Assembly: GCA_002269645.1 (NCBI GenBank)
Contig: NIVC01000744.1
Coordinates: 213,251-277,250 of the forward strand
Length of the DNA stretch: 64,000 bases
Reading direction: 5' to 3'
Origin: Macrostomum lignano
Lineage: Eukaryota
The position numbers and the translations under genes are program-made. The notes under the pieces are model-generated. The model was not told where the DNA came from. It saw only the letters and a list, made by a program, of their open reading frames with translations, and made no database searches. The number at the start of each line of letters is the position of its first letter. Position 1 is the stretch's first letter. Below are positions 35,221 to 48,019 of the stretch, piece by piece.

Positions 35221-35625
35221 CTTTTACCCTTGAGTCTTCAGTCCGCCCGTTCCCTGCTCTCTCGGCCCCAGACCAGCCTCTTCCCAAGTAAAACCGCTTA
35301 GCAAAAACCGTCTGATTCTAAATTGAAGAATTAATTGAAGAATAAATCCGGGATAAAGAGAGAAAAATAAAAAGCAAAAAATCATTTAAAATCCCAAAGG
35401 GAGGTGAAGAGAGGAGGGGCTCTGCGCTGCCGAAGCGGAAGCCCCCTCCCCAGTGTTATTGCCTCCCAGCCACGCCCACACGGCCGAGCGGATCTCGCCA
35501 GCTGTTTGACTGCCTGCTGAGAAGCTGCCGGACTTTCGCTCTCTCGGCTCTCCTGCGAGCAACAATTTTTGCCCGGCAAATCCCCGCTTGCCGCTCCTCA
35601 TATTTAGGGAATGCAATTCCCCAAA

Positions 35626-36357
<732 letters not shown>

Positions 36358-37220
36358 GAGTCCAGTTTTCAGCCCATAGCAACACGCAGGCTCCGAGCTG
36401 GATTGCCATCGCTGTCAACTTTGTCCTCCAGCCCGCCCCAACCCGAGCAAACAGGCAAACTGCAGGCAGGGAGCTATTTTTATCCCCAAGCCACGTGGCC
36501 GCGCAGCCGCCATCCCGGTTCCTCCAGCCTTTCGAGCCCAGTCGAGGCCTCTCACTCAAGTCTCCCAGTTCCCAAGGGGTCTCCAAGGGCTTTGCCGGTT
36601 CCGCCACCTGCAGACGGACGTCAATGCGTTTCCGCCAGACTCAGAGCCTCGGCCCGAGCAGCTGTTGATGAGGCTTCATCTCATGCTGTGCTCACCTCAG
36701 GCTGGGCAAACAGACAGGCCACTGCCGGCCGCTGCAGTTTGTCAGAGCAGGGCATTGTGGCCCCACTAATTACTAAATATTCGGCAGAGGAGGCCAAAAA
36801 GTTTCTGCCGCAGGAAACTCGGTGAACTCTGGGCGGCCTCGCCTGACTGGACGCCTCTCCCTGCAGCCTGGCCGCCCTGATCGCGGGCCGGGAAGCTCAA
36901 CTTTCACTCGCGAAGCCTCGGGTCCCTGCAGCCTCCCCTCCCCATTTTGTACCCCCCCCCCCTACAACGAATCTCGGGGAGAAAGCGCATTAGTACGAGG
37001 TTCTTCAATTTCATGTGAGAAATGGGACTCCTGGGAATAATGTCGAGTGGGATTTCATAAATCTACTGGAGCGAAGGCCCCCCGCCGAGGCCTTCTCTGG
37101 CTGAGCAGCTGCTTGAATTGAAGGAAATTTGAGAGCTCGCAACTCAGGGGCTGCCGGGGGTGGAGCGGGTTAACTCCCTCAGCCTCGCTGCATCATCTTG
37201 AGGTCCAGAATCCGGAGTCG

Positions 37221-38273
37221 GGATTCCAGTATGATAGGCGGGATTCCAGTGTGACAGACGGGATTCCAGTGTGACAGACGGGATTCCAGTCTGACAGACG
37301 GGATTCTAGTGTGACAGACGGGATTCTAGTGTGACAGACTGGATTCCAGTGTGACAGACGGGATTCCAAAGTGACAGACGGGATTCCAGTCTGACAGACG
37401 GGATTCTAGTGTGACAGACGGGATTCTAGTGTGACAGACTGGATTCCAGTGTGACAGACGGGATTCCAGTGTGACAGACTGGATTCCAGTGTGACAGACG
37501 GGATTCCAGTGTGACAGACGGGATTCCAGTCTGACAGACGGGATTCTAGTGTGACAGACGGGATTCTAGTGTGACAGACTGGATTCCAGTGTGACAGACG
37601 GGATTCCAGAGTGACAGACGGGATTCCAGTGTGACAGTCGGGATTCCAGTCTGACAGTCGGGATTCCAGTGTGACAGTCGGGATTCCAGTCTGACAGTCG
37701 GGATTCCAGTGTGACAGTCGGGATTCCAGTGTGACAGTCGGGATTCCAGTGTGACAGACTGGATTCCTGTGTGACAGACGGGATTCCAGTGTGACAGTCG
37801 GGATTCCAGAGTGACAGACGGGATTCCAGTGTGACAGTCGGGATTCCAGTCTGACAGACGGGATTCCAGTGTGACAGTCGTGATTCCAGTGTGACAGATG
37901 GGATTCCTGTGTGACAGTCGTGATTCCAGTGTGACAGTCGGGATTCCAGTGTGACAGATGGGATTCCTGTGTGACAGTCGTGATTCCAGTGTGACAGTCG
38001 GGATTCCTGTGTGACAGACGGGATTCCAGTGTGACAGTCGGGATTCCAGTGTGACAGACGGGATTCCAGTGTGACAGACGGGATTCTAGTGTGACAGACG
38101 GGATTCTAGTGTGACAGACGGGATTCTAGTGTGACAGACGGGATTCCAGTGTGACAGACGGGATTCCAGTGTGACAGACGGGATTCCAGTGTGACAGACG
38201 GGATTCTAGTGTGACAGACGGGATTCTAGTGTGACAGACGGGATTCCAGAGTCACAGAGGGATTCCAAAGTGA
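37221..38273. repeat. 20-bp minisatellite (GGATTCCAGTGTGACAGACG)
   Basis: About 52 units. Confidence 0.95.
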
Positions 38274-38776
38274 CAGGCTCGATCCCGCAGTCCCGAGTCC
38301 GCCAAGTGCCGCAGGAGCCGTGATTGCTGAGTCCCCAATGAAAGCCGGCAGCCCGCATGAAGCAACTGAATATTTCATTGGCAGCAGAAGAAATTCTACT
38401 AAAGCAACCTGACTGCTGCTTTTGCAACTGGATTGGCTTTTGCTTGAATCGGTTGAATTCATTCTGGCAGAAGGAATTCCCACGAGGGCTAGAGGCGCAG
38501 CAGAAAGAGAACGAGGATTGCTCTTAGGAGAGGCAATCAAGCAAGACCTGCGGAACAACAGCGGGGGAAGCGGCTTCAGTCCCGCAGCCTTTAATCGCAG
38601 CGGCTCGAAAATCCCAGGGTCGCAAATTCCACAGACTTTCGATGCCGAACGGTCCTACGAAATCCCCGAGCAGCCCCGGTTTAAAGCAGACGGAAACAAA
38701 ACTGCTCTGGGGGAGTTCGGCTTCAAAACCAACACCTTAAAGCTGGCACCAATTTGAATCTGCCACTGGACAGATA

Positions 38777-39281
38777 TAGCAATCCATTCTGTTCTGCATC
38801 ATCCATGCAGGCTAGATTAGCAATCCATTATATTCCTGCATCATCCATGCAGGCTAGATTAGCAATCCATTCTATTCCTGCATCATCCATGCAGGCTAGA
38901 TTAGCAATCCATTCTGTTCCTGCATCATCCATGCAGGCTAGATTAGCAATCCATTCTGTTCCTGCATCATCCATGCAGGCTAGATTAGCAATCCATTCTG
39001 TTCCTGCATCATCCATGCAGGCTAGATTAGCAATCCATTCTGTTCCTGCATCATCCATGCAGGCTAGATTAGCAATCCATTCTATTCCTGCATCATCCAT
39101 GCAGGCTAGATTAGCAATCCATTCTATTCCTGCATCATCCATGCAGGCTAGATTAGCAATCCATTCTGTTCCTGCATCATCCATGCAGGCTAGATTAGCA
39201 ATCCATTCTGTTCCTGCATGCAGGCTAGATTAGCAATCCATTCTGTTCCTGCATCATCCATGCAGGCTAGATTAGCAATCC
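38777..39281 (+). repeat. 42-bp satellite, array 1 (TCCTGCATCATCCATGCAGGCTAGATTAGCAATCCATTCTGT)
   Basis: About 12 units, each with a CCTGCAT/ATGCAGG hairpin. Confidence 0.95.
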
Positions 39282-40176
39282 AATGTTCGGTATACTATTC
39301 CTAATCTCCCCAGAAAAGCGCCCCTCAAATCGTGGAATTAAAGCTCTGTTATTGAAGCGCAAGCACTGAATTCAGCGATCCGTGATTAATAATTCCCCTT
39401 AAAACTCCCCTTTCTCCAGTCGCTTGCCATACAGAGCCGGTGTGTCCGCTGGCTTAAAAAATCGCTTGCACAGGCAGCAGGGCGGCTGCTTGTCGTCTTT
39501 GCTGCTGCAGGTTTCAGCTGCTGATCAAAGCCAGAGAGCAGGGGGGCATGGGGCACTGCCCTACGCGTGGGGTCGCCCCGGTAAAGAAGCGACAATCCGC
39601 ATCGGCGCAGTCTTGAGCACGATCTCGCTTTTCTTCTTAGTGCGAGGATGAGCGCTCTGTCAGTCACGGTCATGATTCACAATCCTTGCAGAAATATGCT
39701 GTAAAATGCTACAAACTCTACTACTTTCATGTGAGTAGTGCTTTAGCGAAAATTCATCCCATTTTTATTGGGTTTGTCAAGAACGGCTGCAGCATCGATG
39801 AGGATGGCGATTTTATTGCCAGCAAACCAGCTCAAATGTCCTCAAACCTCTCGGCTTGGCCTCCGGGACGCAAATTAGCTGCAATTAATCATCGATCGCG
39901 GGGTCTTGATTGACTCTCACCTGACGGGCCGCATCCTGCTGCCGGCCGCCAAAACCGCCCACCCCATCCGCAAATCCCGGTGCCGCCCTAGAGCAGCCGC
40001 TGCATCAGCTCCTGTCAGAGCTACCGCCACAAAGTCTGCATCAATTTTCTGATGGCGGCTTGGGTGCATTGGGGGCGGCTGCATGCGCTGGGACTGTGTG
40101 TCAGTTTTGTGGGGTTAAATATTCAGGCAAAATAAACTATCCACTGGCTGTATGCTTTGATGAGATGCGCTTGATA

Positions 40177-41100
40177 GGTGAGATTGGATGCCTAAAGGGT
40201 GAGATTGGATGCTTGAAGGGTGAGATTGGATGCTTGAAGGGTGAGATTGGATGCTTGAAGGGTGAGATTGGATTCTTGAAGGGTGAGATTGGATGCTTGA
40301 AGGGTGAGATTGGATGCTTGAAGGGTGAGATTGGATGCTTGAAGGGTGAGATTGGATGCTTGAAGGGTGAGATTGGATGCTTGAAGGGTGAGATTGGATG
40401 CTTGAAGGTGAGATTGGCTGCTTGAGGGGTGAGATTGGATGCTTGAAGGTGAGATTGGATGCTTGTTGGGTGAGATTGGATGCTTGAAGGTGAGATTGGA
40501 TGCTTGTTGGGTGAGATTGGATGCTTGAAGGGTGAGATTGGATGCTTGAAGGGTGAGATTGGATGCTTGAAGGGTGAGATTGGATGCTTGAAGGGTGAGA
40601 TTGGATGCTTGAAGGGTGAGATTGGATGCTTGAAGGGTGAGATTGGATGCTTGAAGGTGAGATTGGCTGCTTGAGGGGTGAGATTGGATGCTTGAAGGTG
40701 AGATTGGATGCTTGTTGGGTGAGATTGGATGCTTGAAGGTGAGATTGGATGCTTGTTGGGTGAGATTGGATGCTTGAAGGGTGAGATTGGATGCTTGAAG
40801 GGTGAGATTGGATGCTTGAAGGGTGAGATTGGATGCTTGAAGGGTGAGATTGGATGCTTGAAGGGTGAGATTGGATGCTTGAAGGGTGAGATTGGATGCT
40901 TGAAGGTGAGATTGGCTGCTTGAGGGGTGAGATTGGATGCTTGAAGGTGAGATTGGATGCTTGTTGGGTGAGATTGGATGCTTGAAGGTGAGATTGGATG
41001 CTTGTTGGGTGAGATTGGATGCTTTTAGGGTGAGATTGGATGCTTGAAGGGTAAGATTGGAGGCCTGAATAGGGAGATTGGATGCTTGAAGGATGAGATT
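40177..41100 (-). repeat. 21-bp satellite, array 1 (GGGTGAGATTGGATGCTTGAA)
   Basis: About 44 units with a 249-bp higher-order period. Confidence 0.95.
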
Positions 41101-41502
41101 GTATGATCGGAAGTAGTGATTGCATACTTTTGGGATGATCTTAGCTTTCGTCAGCCAAATTTTATTAAAACTTAGTCCAAGCACGCTATAGCAAGCAGTC
41201 ACCTGTCTGCCGAGGTAGCCAGAGCAGTCATAAAAGTGTTCAAATTGTTTTCTTCACCTCAGAGACCTTTAGAATTCACTCGAGATTGAAAATCAGAAAT
41301 TCTCGCTGCTAATTAGGCATTGGAGATTGAATTCTCTGAAATTCGGGGCTGAGGGTTTTGCGTGACTTCCTCAGACCGCAGGAGTTTGGCTGCCCCCCCC
41401 CCCCTGATTAGTCCGGGGGTCGCGAACTGATGAGCTGGCAGGCTGGAGTGACAAGCAGGCAGCCACATTTCTGCACAGCCCTCGGAACCAGCGAAGTCTG
41501 AG

Positions 41503-44500
41503 GTGCAGAATGGATTGCTAATCTAGCCTTCATGGATGATGCAGGAACAGAATGGATTGCTAATCTAGCCGGCATGGATGATGCAGGAACAGAATGGATT
41601 GCTAATCTAGCCTGCATGGATGATGCAGGAACAGAATGGATTGCTAATCTAGCCTGCATGGATGATGCAGGAACAGAATGGATTGCTAATCTAGCCTGCA
41701 TGGATGATGCAGGAACAGAATGGATTGCTAATCTAGCCTGCATGGATGATGCAGGAACAGAATGGATTGCTAATCTAGCCTGCATGGATGATGCAGGAAT
41801 AGAATGGATTGCTAATCTAGCCTGCATGGATGATGCAGGAATAGAATGGATTGCTAATCTAGCCTTCATGGATGATGCAGGAACAGAATGGATTGCTAAT
41901 CTAGCCTGCATGGATGATGCAGGAACAAAATGGATTGCTAATCTAGCCTGCATGGATGATGCAGGAACAGAATGGATTGCTTATCTAGCCTGCATGGATG
42001 ATGCAGGAACAGAATGGATTGCTAATCTAGCCTGCATGGATGATGCAGGAACAGAATGGATTGCTAATCTAGCCTGCATGGATGATGCAGGAACAGAATG
42101 GATTGCTAATCTAGCCTGCATGGATGATGCAGGAACAGAATGGATTGCTAATCTAGCCTTCATGGATGATGCAGGAACAGAATGGATTGCTAATCTAGCC
42201 TTCATGGATGATGCAGGAATAGAATGGATTGCTAATCTAGCCTGCATGGATGATGCAGGAACAGAATGGATTGCTAATCTAGCCTGCATGGATGATGCAG
42301 GAACAGAATGGATTGCTAATCTAGCCTGCATGGATGATGCAGGAACAGAATGGATTGCTAATCTAGCCTGCATGGATGATGCAGGAACAGAATGGATTGC
42401 TAATCTAGCCTGCATGGATGATGCAGGAACAGAATGGATTGCTAATCTAGCCTGCATGGATGATGCAGGAACAGAATGGATTGCTAATCTAGCCTGCATG
42501 GATGATGCAGGAACAGAATGGATTGCTAATCTAGCCTGCATGGATGATGCAGGAACAGAATGGATTGCTAATCTAGCCTGCATGAATGATGCAGGAACAG
42601 AGTGGATTGCTAATCTAGCCGGCATGGATGATGTAGGAACAGAATGGATTGCTAATCTAGCCGGCATGGATGATGCAGGAACAGAATGGATTGCTAATCT
42701 AGCCGGCATGGATGATGTAGGAACAGAATGGATTGCTAATCTAGCCTGCATGCAGGAACAGAATGGATTGCTAATCTAGCCTGCATGGATGATGCAGGAA
42801 CAGAATGGATTGCTAATCTAGCCTGCATGGATGATGCAGGAACAGAATGGATTGCTAATCTAGCCTGCATGGATGATGCAGGAACAGAATGGATTGCTAA
42901 TCTAGCCTTCATGGATGATGCAGGAATAGAATGGATTGCTAATCTAGCCTGCATGGATGATGCAGGAACAGAATGGATTGCTAATCTAGCCTGCATGGAT
43001 GATGCAGGAATAGAATGGATTGCTAATCTAGCCTGCATGGATGATGCAGGAACAGAATGGATTGCTATTCTAGCCTGCATGGATGATGCAGGAACAGAAT
43101 GGATTGCTAATCTAGCCTTCATGGATGATGCAGGAACAGAATGGATTGCTAATCTAGCCTTCATGGATGATGCAGGAATAGAATGGATTGCTAATCTAGC
43201 CTGCATGGATGATGCAGGAACAGAATGGATTGCTAATCTAGCCTGCATGGATGATGCAGGAACAGAATGGATTGCTAATCTAGCCTGCATGGATGATGCA
43301 GGAACAGAATGGATTGCTAATCTAGCCTGCATGGATGATGCAGGAACAGAATGGATTGCTAATCTAGCCTGCATGGATGATGCAGGAACAGAATGGATTG
43401 CTAATCTAGCCTGCATGGATGATGCAGGAACAGAATGGATTGCTAATCTAGCCTGCGTGGATGATGCAGGAACAGAATGGATTGCTAATCTAGCCGGCAT
43501 GGATGATGCAGGAACAGAATGGATTGCTAATCTAGCCTGCATGAATGATGCAGGAACAGAGTGGATTGCTAATCTAGCCGGCATGGATGATGTAGGAACA
43601 GAATGGATTGCTAATCTAGCCGGCATGGATGATGCAGGAACAGAATGGATTGCTAATCTAGCCGGCATGGATGATGTAGGAACAGAATGGATTGCTAATC
43701 TAGCCTGCATGCAGGAACAGAATGGATTGCTAATCTAGCCTGCATGGATGATGCAGGAACAGAATGGATTGCTAATCTAGCCTGCATGGATGATGCAGGA
43801 ACAGAATGGATTGCTAATCTAGCCTGCATGGATGATGCAGGAACAGAATGGATTGCTAATCTAGCCTTCATGGATGATGCAGGAATAGAATGGATTGCTA
43901 ATCTAGCCTGCATGGATGATGCAGGAATAGAATGGATTGCTAATCTAGCCTTCATGGATGATGCAGGAATAGAATGGATTGCTAATCTAGCCTGCATGGA
44001 TGATGCAGGAACAGAATGGATTGCTAATCTAGCCTGCATGGATGATGCAGGAACAGAATGGATTGCTAATCTAGCCTGCATGGATGATGCAGGAACAGAA
44101 TGGATTGCTAATCTAGCCTGCATGGATGATGCAGGAACAGAATGGATTGCTAATCTAGCCTGCATGGATGATGCAGGAACAGAATGGATTGCTAATCTAG
44201 CCTGCATGGATGATGCAGGAACAGAATGGATTGCTAATCTAGCCTGCATGGATGATGCAGGAACAGAATGGATTGCTAATCTAGCCGGCATGGATGATGC
44301 AGGAACAAAATGGATTGCTAATCTAGCCTGCATGAATGATGCAGGAACAGAATGGATTGCTAATCTAGCCTGCATGGATGAACAGAATGGATTGCTAATC
44401 TAGCCTGCATGAATGATGCAGGAACAGAATGGATTGCTAATCTAGCCGGCATGGATGATGCAGGAACAGAATGGATTGCTAATCTAGCCTGCATGGATGA

Positions 44501-44735
44501 TGTAGGAACAGAATGGATTGCTAATCTAGCCGGCATGGATGATGCAGGAACAGAATGGATTGCTAATCTAGCCGGCATGGATGATGTAGGAACAGAATGG
44601 ATTGCTAATCTAGCCTGCATGCAGGAAAAGAATGGATTGCTAATCTAGCCTGCATGCAGGAACAGAATGGATTGCTAATCTAGCCTGCATGGATGATGCA
44701 GGAACAGAATGGATTGCTAATCTAGCCTGCATGCA
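41503..44735 (-). repeat. 42-bp satellite, array 2 (reverse complement of array 1)
   Basis: About 77 units, including a 959-bp higher-order duplication. Confidence 0.95.
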
Positions 44736-45289
44736 GAAGTAGATTAAACTGCACGGATTTGCCTCATCCGATAAAGATTTAGGATTAGACTGCAGCGCCG
44801 CCAGTCCCACCTGGGATGGAGTAGCCGTGAGTTCCGTGCTCAACTCCCTTCTTCCTGGATTCGATCGGGAACTCCCAGGTGAGGCCGAACTGGGGACCGA
44901 AATTTGCTTTTCCTTCGAATCGATCTTCGCCAAGTTCCGGAGCGGCTCCCCAGCCTCCCGCCACGGATCTGCAATTTTGAATTTCAGAGACTGTCCGGAA
45001 CCCGCTCGATCGCCGCCTCCCCAATATTGGTTTTGCCCTCCTTTTCAAGGCAGCTCAGGTCTCCCATCGACCCTCGCCTTCACCTGCACCGATGCCCGCA
45101 CGCGAGGCGCTGACTTCGCTCCGCCAGTTTGCCGTTTTCTCGAGCCTCATCTGAGGCAGCTGCTTTAATGCTGAACCAGTGGGGCGTGACTGGGAACTGC
45201 CTAGAAGTTTTTTGAAAAAATAACACAAGCATTTCAGGTCAGCTGAGAACTTGCGGTCTACAGAAAAGCATTTATTCTTAATTGAAAGT

Positions 45290-45715
45290 CATCTGATCTC
45301 ATCTTAAAATCATCCAATGTCAATTTAATATAATCTCGAACTTTTTGCATCCAATCATATTCTAATGGCATCTGATCTCACCTTAAAAGCAACCAATCCC
45401 ACCCTACAAACATCTAATCTCACCCTTCAAGCATCTAATCTCACCCTTCAAGCATCTAATCTCACCCTTCAAGCATCTAATCTCACCCTTCAAGCATCTA
45501 ATCTCGCCCTCAAGCATCTAATCTCGCCCTAAAAAATCCAATCGCACCCTAAAAGCATCGAGTCTCATGATACAAGCATCCTATCTCGCCTTAAAAGCTT
45601 CTACCCAACAAGAATCTAATATCTCACCCAATCTCATCCAATATCAACACACAAACATCCAATCTCACCCAGTAAGCATCCAATCTCGCCCCACAAGCAT
45701 CCAATCTCACCCTTT
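45290..45715 (+). repeat. 21-bp satellite, array 2 (CTTCAAGCATCYAATCTCACC; reverse complement of the 40177-41100 family)
   Basis: Short conserved core with degenerate flanks. Confidence 0.85.
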
Positions 45716-46067
45716 AGCAAAGCCAGACCCGATTCCGATGAGCAGCATAGAAAAGCCAGCAGGAGACTCTGAGAGATCTCAGATCTGCGTGAGCCGCCTT
45801 CAGTGCTCCATTTGGCAATTAATTGGCTGGCGGAGGTCCGGTGGGAAACAGAGGCTGCCAGCGGATGCAGCAGAGTCACTGCGGATTCCCACTGACTATT
45901 TTTTCTGGCCTCAAAGTCCGCCTACGCGGCAGCAGCTTCGTCTCTCCATCCAAGGAGGCCGTGGGCCAGAACTTGGAGTGCCAAGCTTTGCCCAAAACCC
46001 CGTTGGGTTGGCACCAAATTTCAGAACAGGCCGGTTGTTCAGAGGGTCTAATGCACAATATCTCATT

Positions 46068-46985
46068 CACAATGTCTCATTCACAATATCTCATTCACAA
46101 TGTCTCATTCACAATATCTCATTCACAATATCTCATTCACAATGTCTAATTCACAATGTCTAATTCACAATGTCTAATTCACAATGTCTAATTCACAATT
46201 TCTAATTCACAATATCTCATTCACAATGTCTCATTCACAATATCTCATTCACAATGTCTCATTCACAATATCTCATTCACAATATCTCATTCACAATGTC
46301 TAATTCACAATGTCTAATTCACAATGTCTAATTCACAATGTCTAATTCACAATATCTCATTCACAATGTCTCATTCACAATATCTCATTCACAATGTCTC
46401 ATTCACAATATCTCATTCACAATGTCTCATTCACAATGTCTCATTCACAATATCTCATTCACAATGTCTAATTCACAATATCTCATTCACAATGTCTCAT
46501 TCACAATATCTCATTCACAATGTCTCATTCACAATATCTCATTCACAATGTCTCATTCACAATATCTCATTCACAATGTCTCATTCACAATATCTCATTC
46601 ACAATGTCTCATTCACAATATCTCATTCACAATGTCTCATTCACAATGTCTAATTCACAATGTCTAATTCACAATGTCTAATTCACAATATCTCATTCAC
46701 AATGTCTCATTCACAATATCTCATTCACAATGTCTCATTCACAATATCTCATTCACAATGTCTCATTCACAATGTCTCATTCACAATATCTCATTCACAA
46801 TGTCTAATTCACAATATCTCATTCACAATGTCTCATTCACAATATCTCATTCACAATGTCTCATTCACAATATCTCATTCACAATGTCTCATTCACAATA
46901 TCTCATTCACAATATCTCATTCACAATGTCTCATTCACAATATCTCATTCACAATGTCTAATTCACAATTTCTTATAATTCACAA
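46068..46985. repeat. 14-bp satellite (TCTCATTCACAATR)n
   Basis: About 65 units with a 336-bp higher-order block. Confidence 0.95.
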
Positions 46986-47388
46986 TATTCATTCAAAACA
47001 ACTAATTAACAATGCATTGTCTGAAGAATGAGGATTTGGCACTCCAGATCCCAGTTCAAAGCCTCCTTGGCCATCCCAGTTGCTGAGCACCCTCCAACTC
47101 AAACAACCGGCAGGGGGCAGGCTGAGTCTAAGGAAAAAAAGATGAGTGGAAGCAGCCTTTCTGGTTGGTGGAGGCTGACAGAAAATTATAGACGCAATTA
47201 GTAGGAGTCTTGAGCAGCTCATTATCTTGCTGGCCTGATGAAGCTTAAAAACTTTTTGAGCTTGTTTACTGACAGCAGTTTTGAACTGTAGTAATTAGAC
47301 CATGAAGACGGGAAAGTCTTCTCGACCTAGAGGGCAAGGAGAAATCATTCAGTGCCCTCCGACCAAGTCAAGGAGGGTGCAAAACTGA

Positions 47389-47402
47389 CCAGTAGATGGC
47401 GC
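47389..47402 (+). promoter_or_regulatory. CTCF-consensus-like motif CCAGTAGATGGCGC, about 190 bp upstream of the knottin ATG
   Basis: Full match to the CCASYAGRKGGCRS consensus. Function is not shown. Confidence 0.25.
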
Positions 47403-47589
47403 CTAATGCGTCTGTGGCACTAACGGGCGTGGCTGTCAGCTCACCGGGCAGAGGTCACGGTACAGCGCAACCCTGTGGGTTTTTGCCATAGACATCAAAA
47501 GATTCACTCTGCACTTCTGCGCTCCTAAGAGAGGCTGCTGCAGACAGGCGTTGACCCCAAGTAAACTTTTGGAAGCTATAAAAGTCTAA

Positions 47590-48019
47590 ATGAAGACCCA
47601 ACTACTCGTGCTGCTGGTTCTGCTTGCCCTGCTCGCGGTTCTCGGTGAGTTTCGCCCCGAATTTAGGTTTATTTAGCATATCCTTGGCTTGCCTGCTGCT
47701 AATAACCAATCGCATGCAAAACGCCCATGCAGACTGCTCAACCGCGTGCAGACCGGAATGCCTCAAGAAAGGCAGGCGCTGTCAGGATAGCCTAGCCTCG
47801 TACTGCTGCTCAAAGCGCTGCTCCGGGATACCTGGCTATTGGAAGATGTGCGAGTACACCATTTTACCCTCGATTTTGAACAAGGAGAACTTCGAGACTG
47901 ACAAACTCCTCTTCAATATTGACACTCTATGGTCGGGCACTCAAAATCTACAATCAATATTGACAGATCAAGCTTCAATTTTGACAAACTCTGGTTCAAT
48001 TTTGACAATGCACGTTTAG
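47590..48019 (+). CDS. Small secreted inhibitor-cystine-knot (knottin) peptide precursor, 2 exons; C-terminus extended by a MITE insertion
   Basis: Exon 1 (47590-47644) encodes the signal peptide MKTQLLVLLVLLALLAVL and ends at a phase-1 G|GTGAGT donor. The 88-nt intron has a CTAAT branch-like site and a CAG acceptor at 47732. Exon 2 gives DCSTAC-RPE-C-LKKGRR-C-QDSLASY-CC-SKR-C-SGIPGYWKM-C-E, the C-C-CC-C-C framework. The reconstructed original stop is TAA TGA (now at 48980-48985). The present frame reads on to TAG at 48017-48019. Confidence 0.8.

Noticed and set aside
41532-44648. Long ORFs of MDDAGTEWIANLAC / ASSMQARLAIHSVP repeats as real proteins
   Set aside because: They arise from a stop-free 42-bp unit. 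The unit variants I checked change the amino acid in the MDDAG frame (T>I, C>F, C>G, D>N, A>V, E>K), which gives no sign of coding constraint.
38777-44735. Hairpin-containing 42-bp repeats as a CRISPR array
   Set aside because: The units are head-to-tail with no unique spacers, there are no cas genes, and the context is eukaryotic.
47577-47584. TATAAAAG as the TATA box of the knottin gene
   Set aside because: It is only 5 nt before the ATG, so a TSS 25-30 nt downstream would fall inside the coding sequence.
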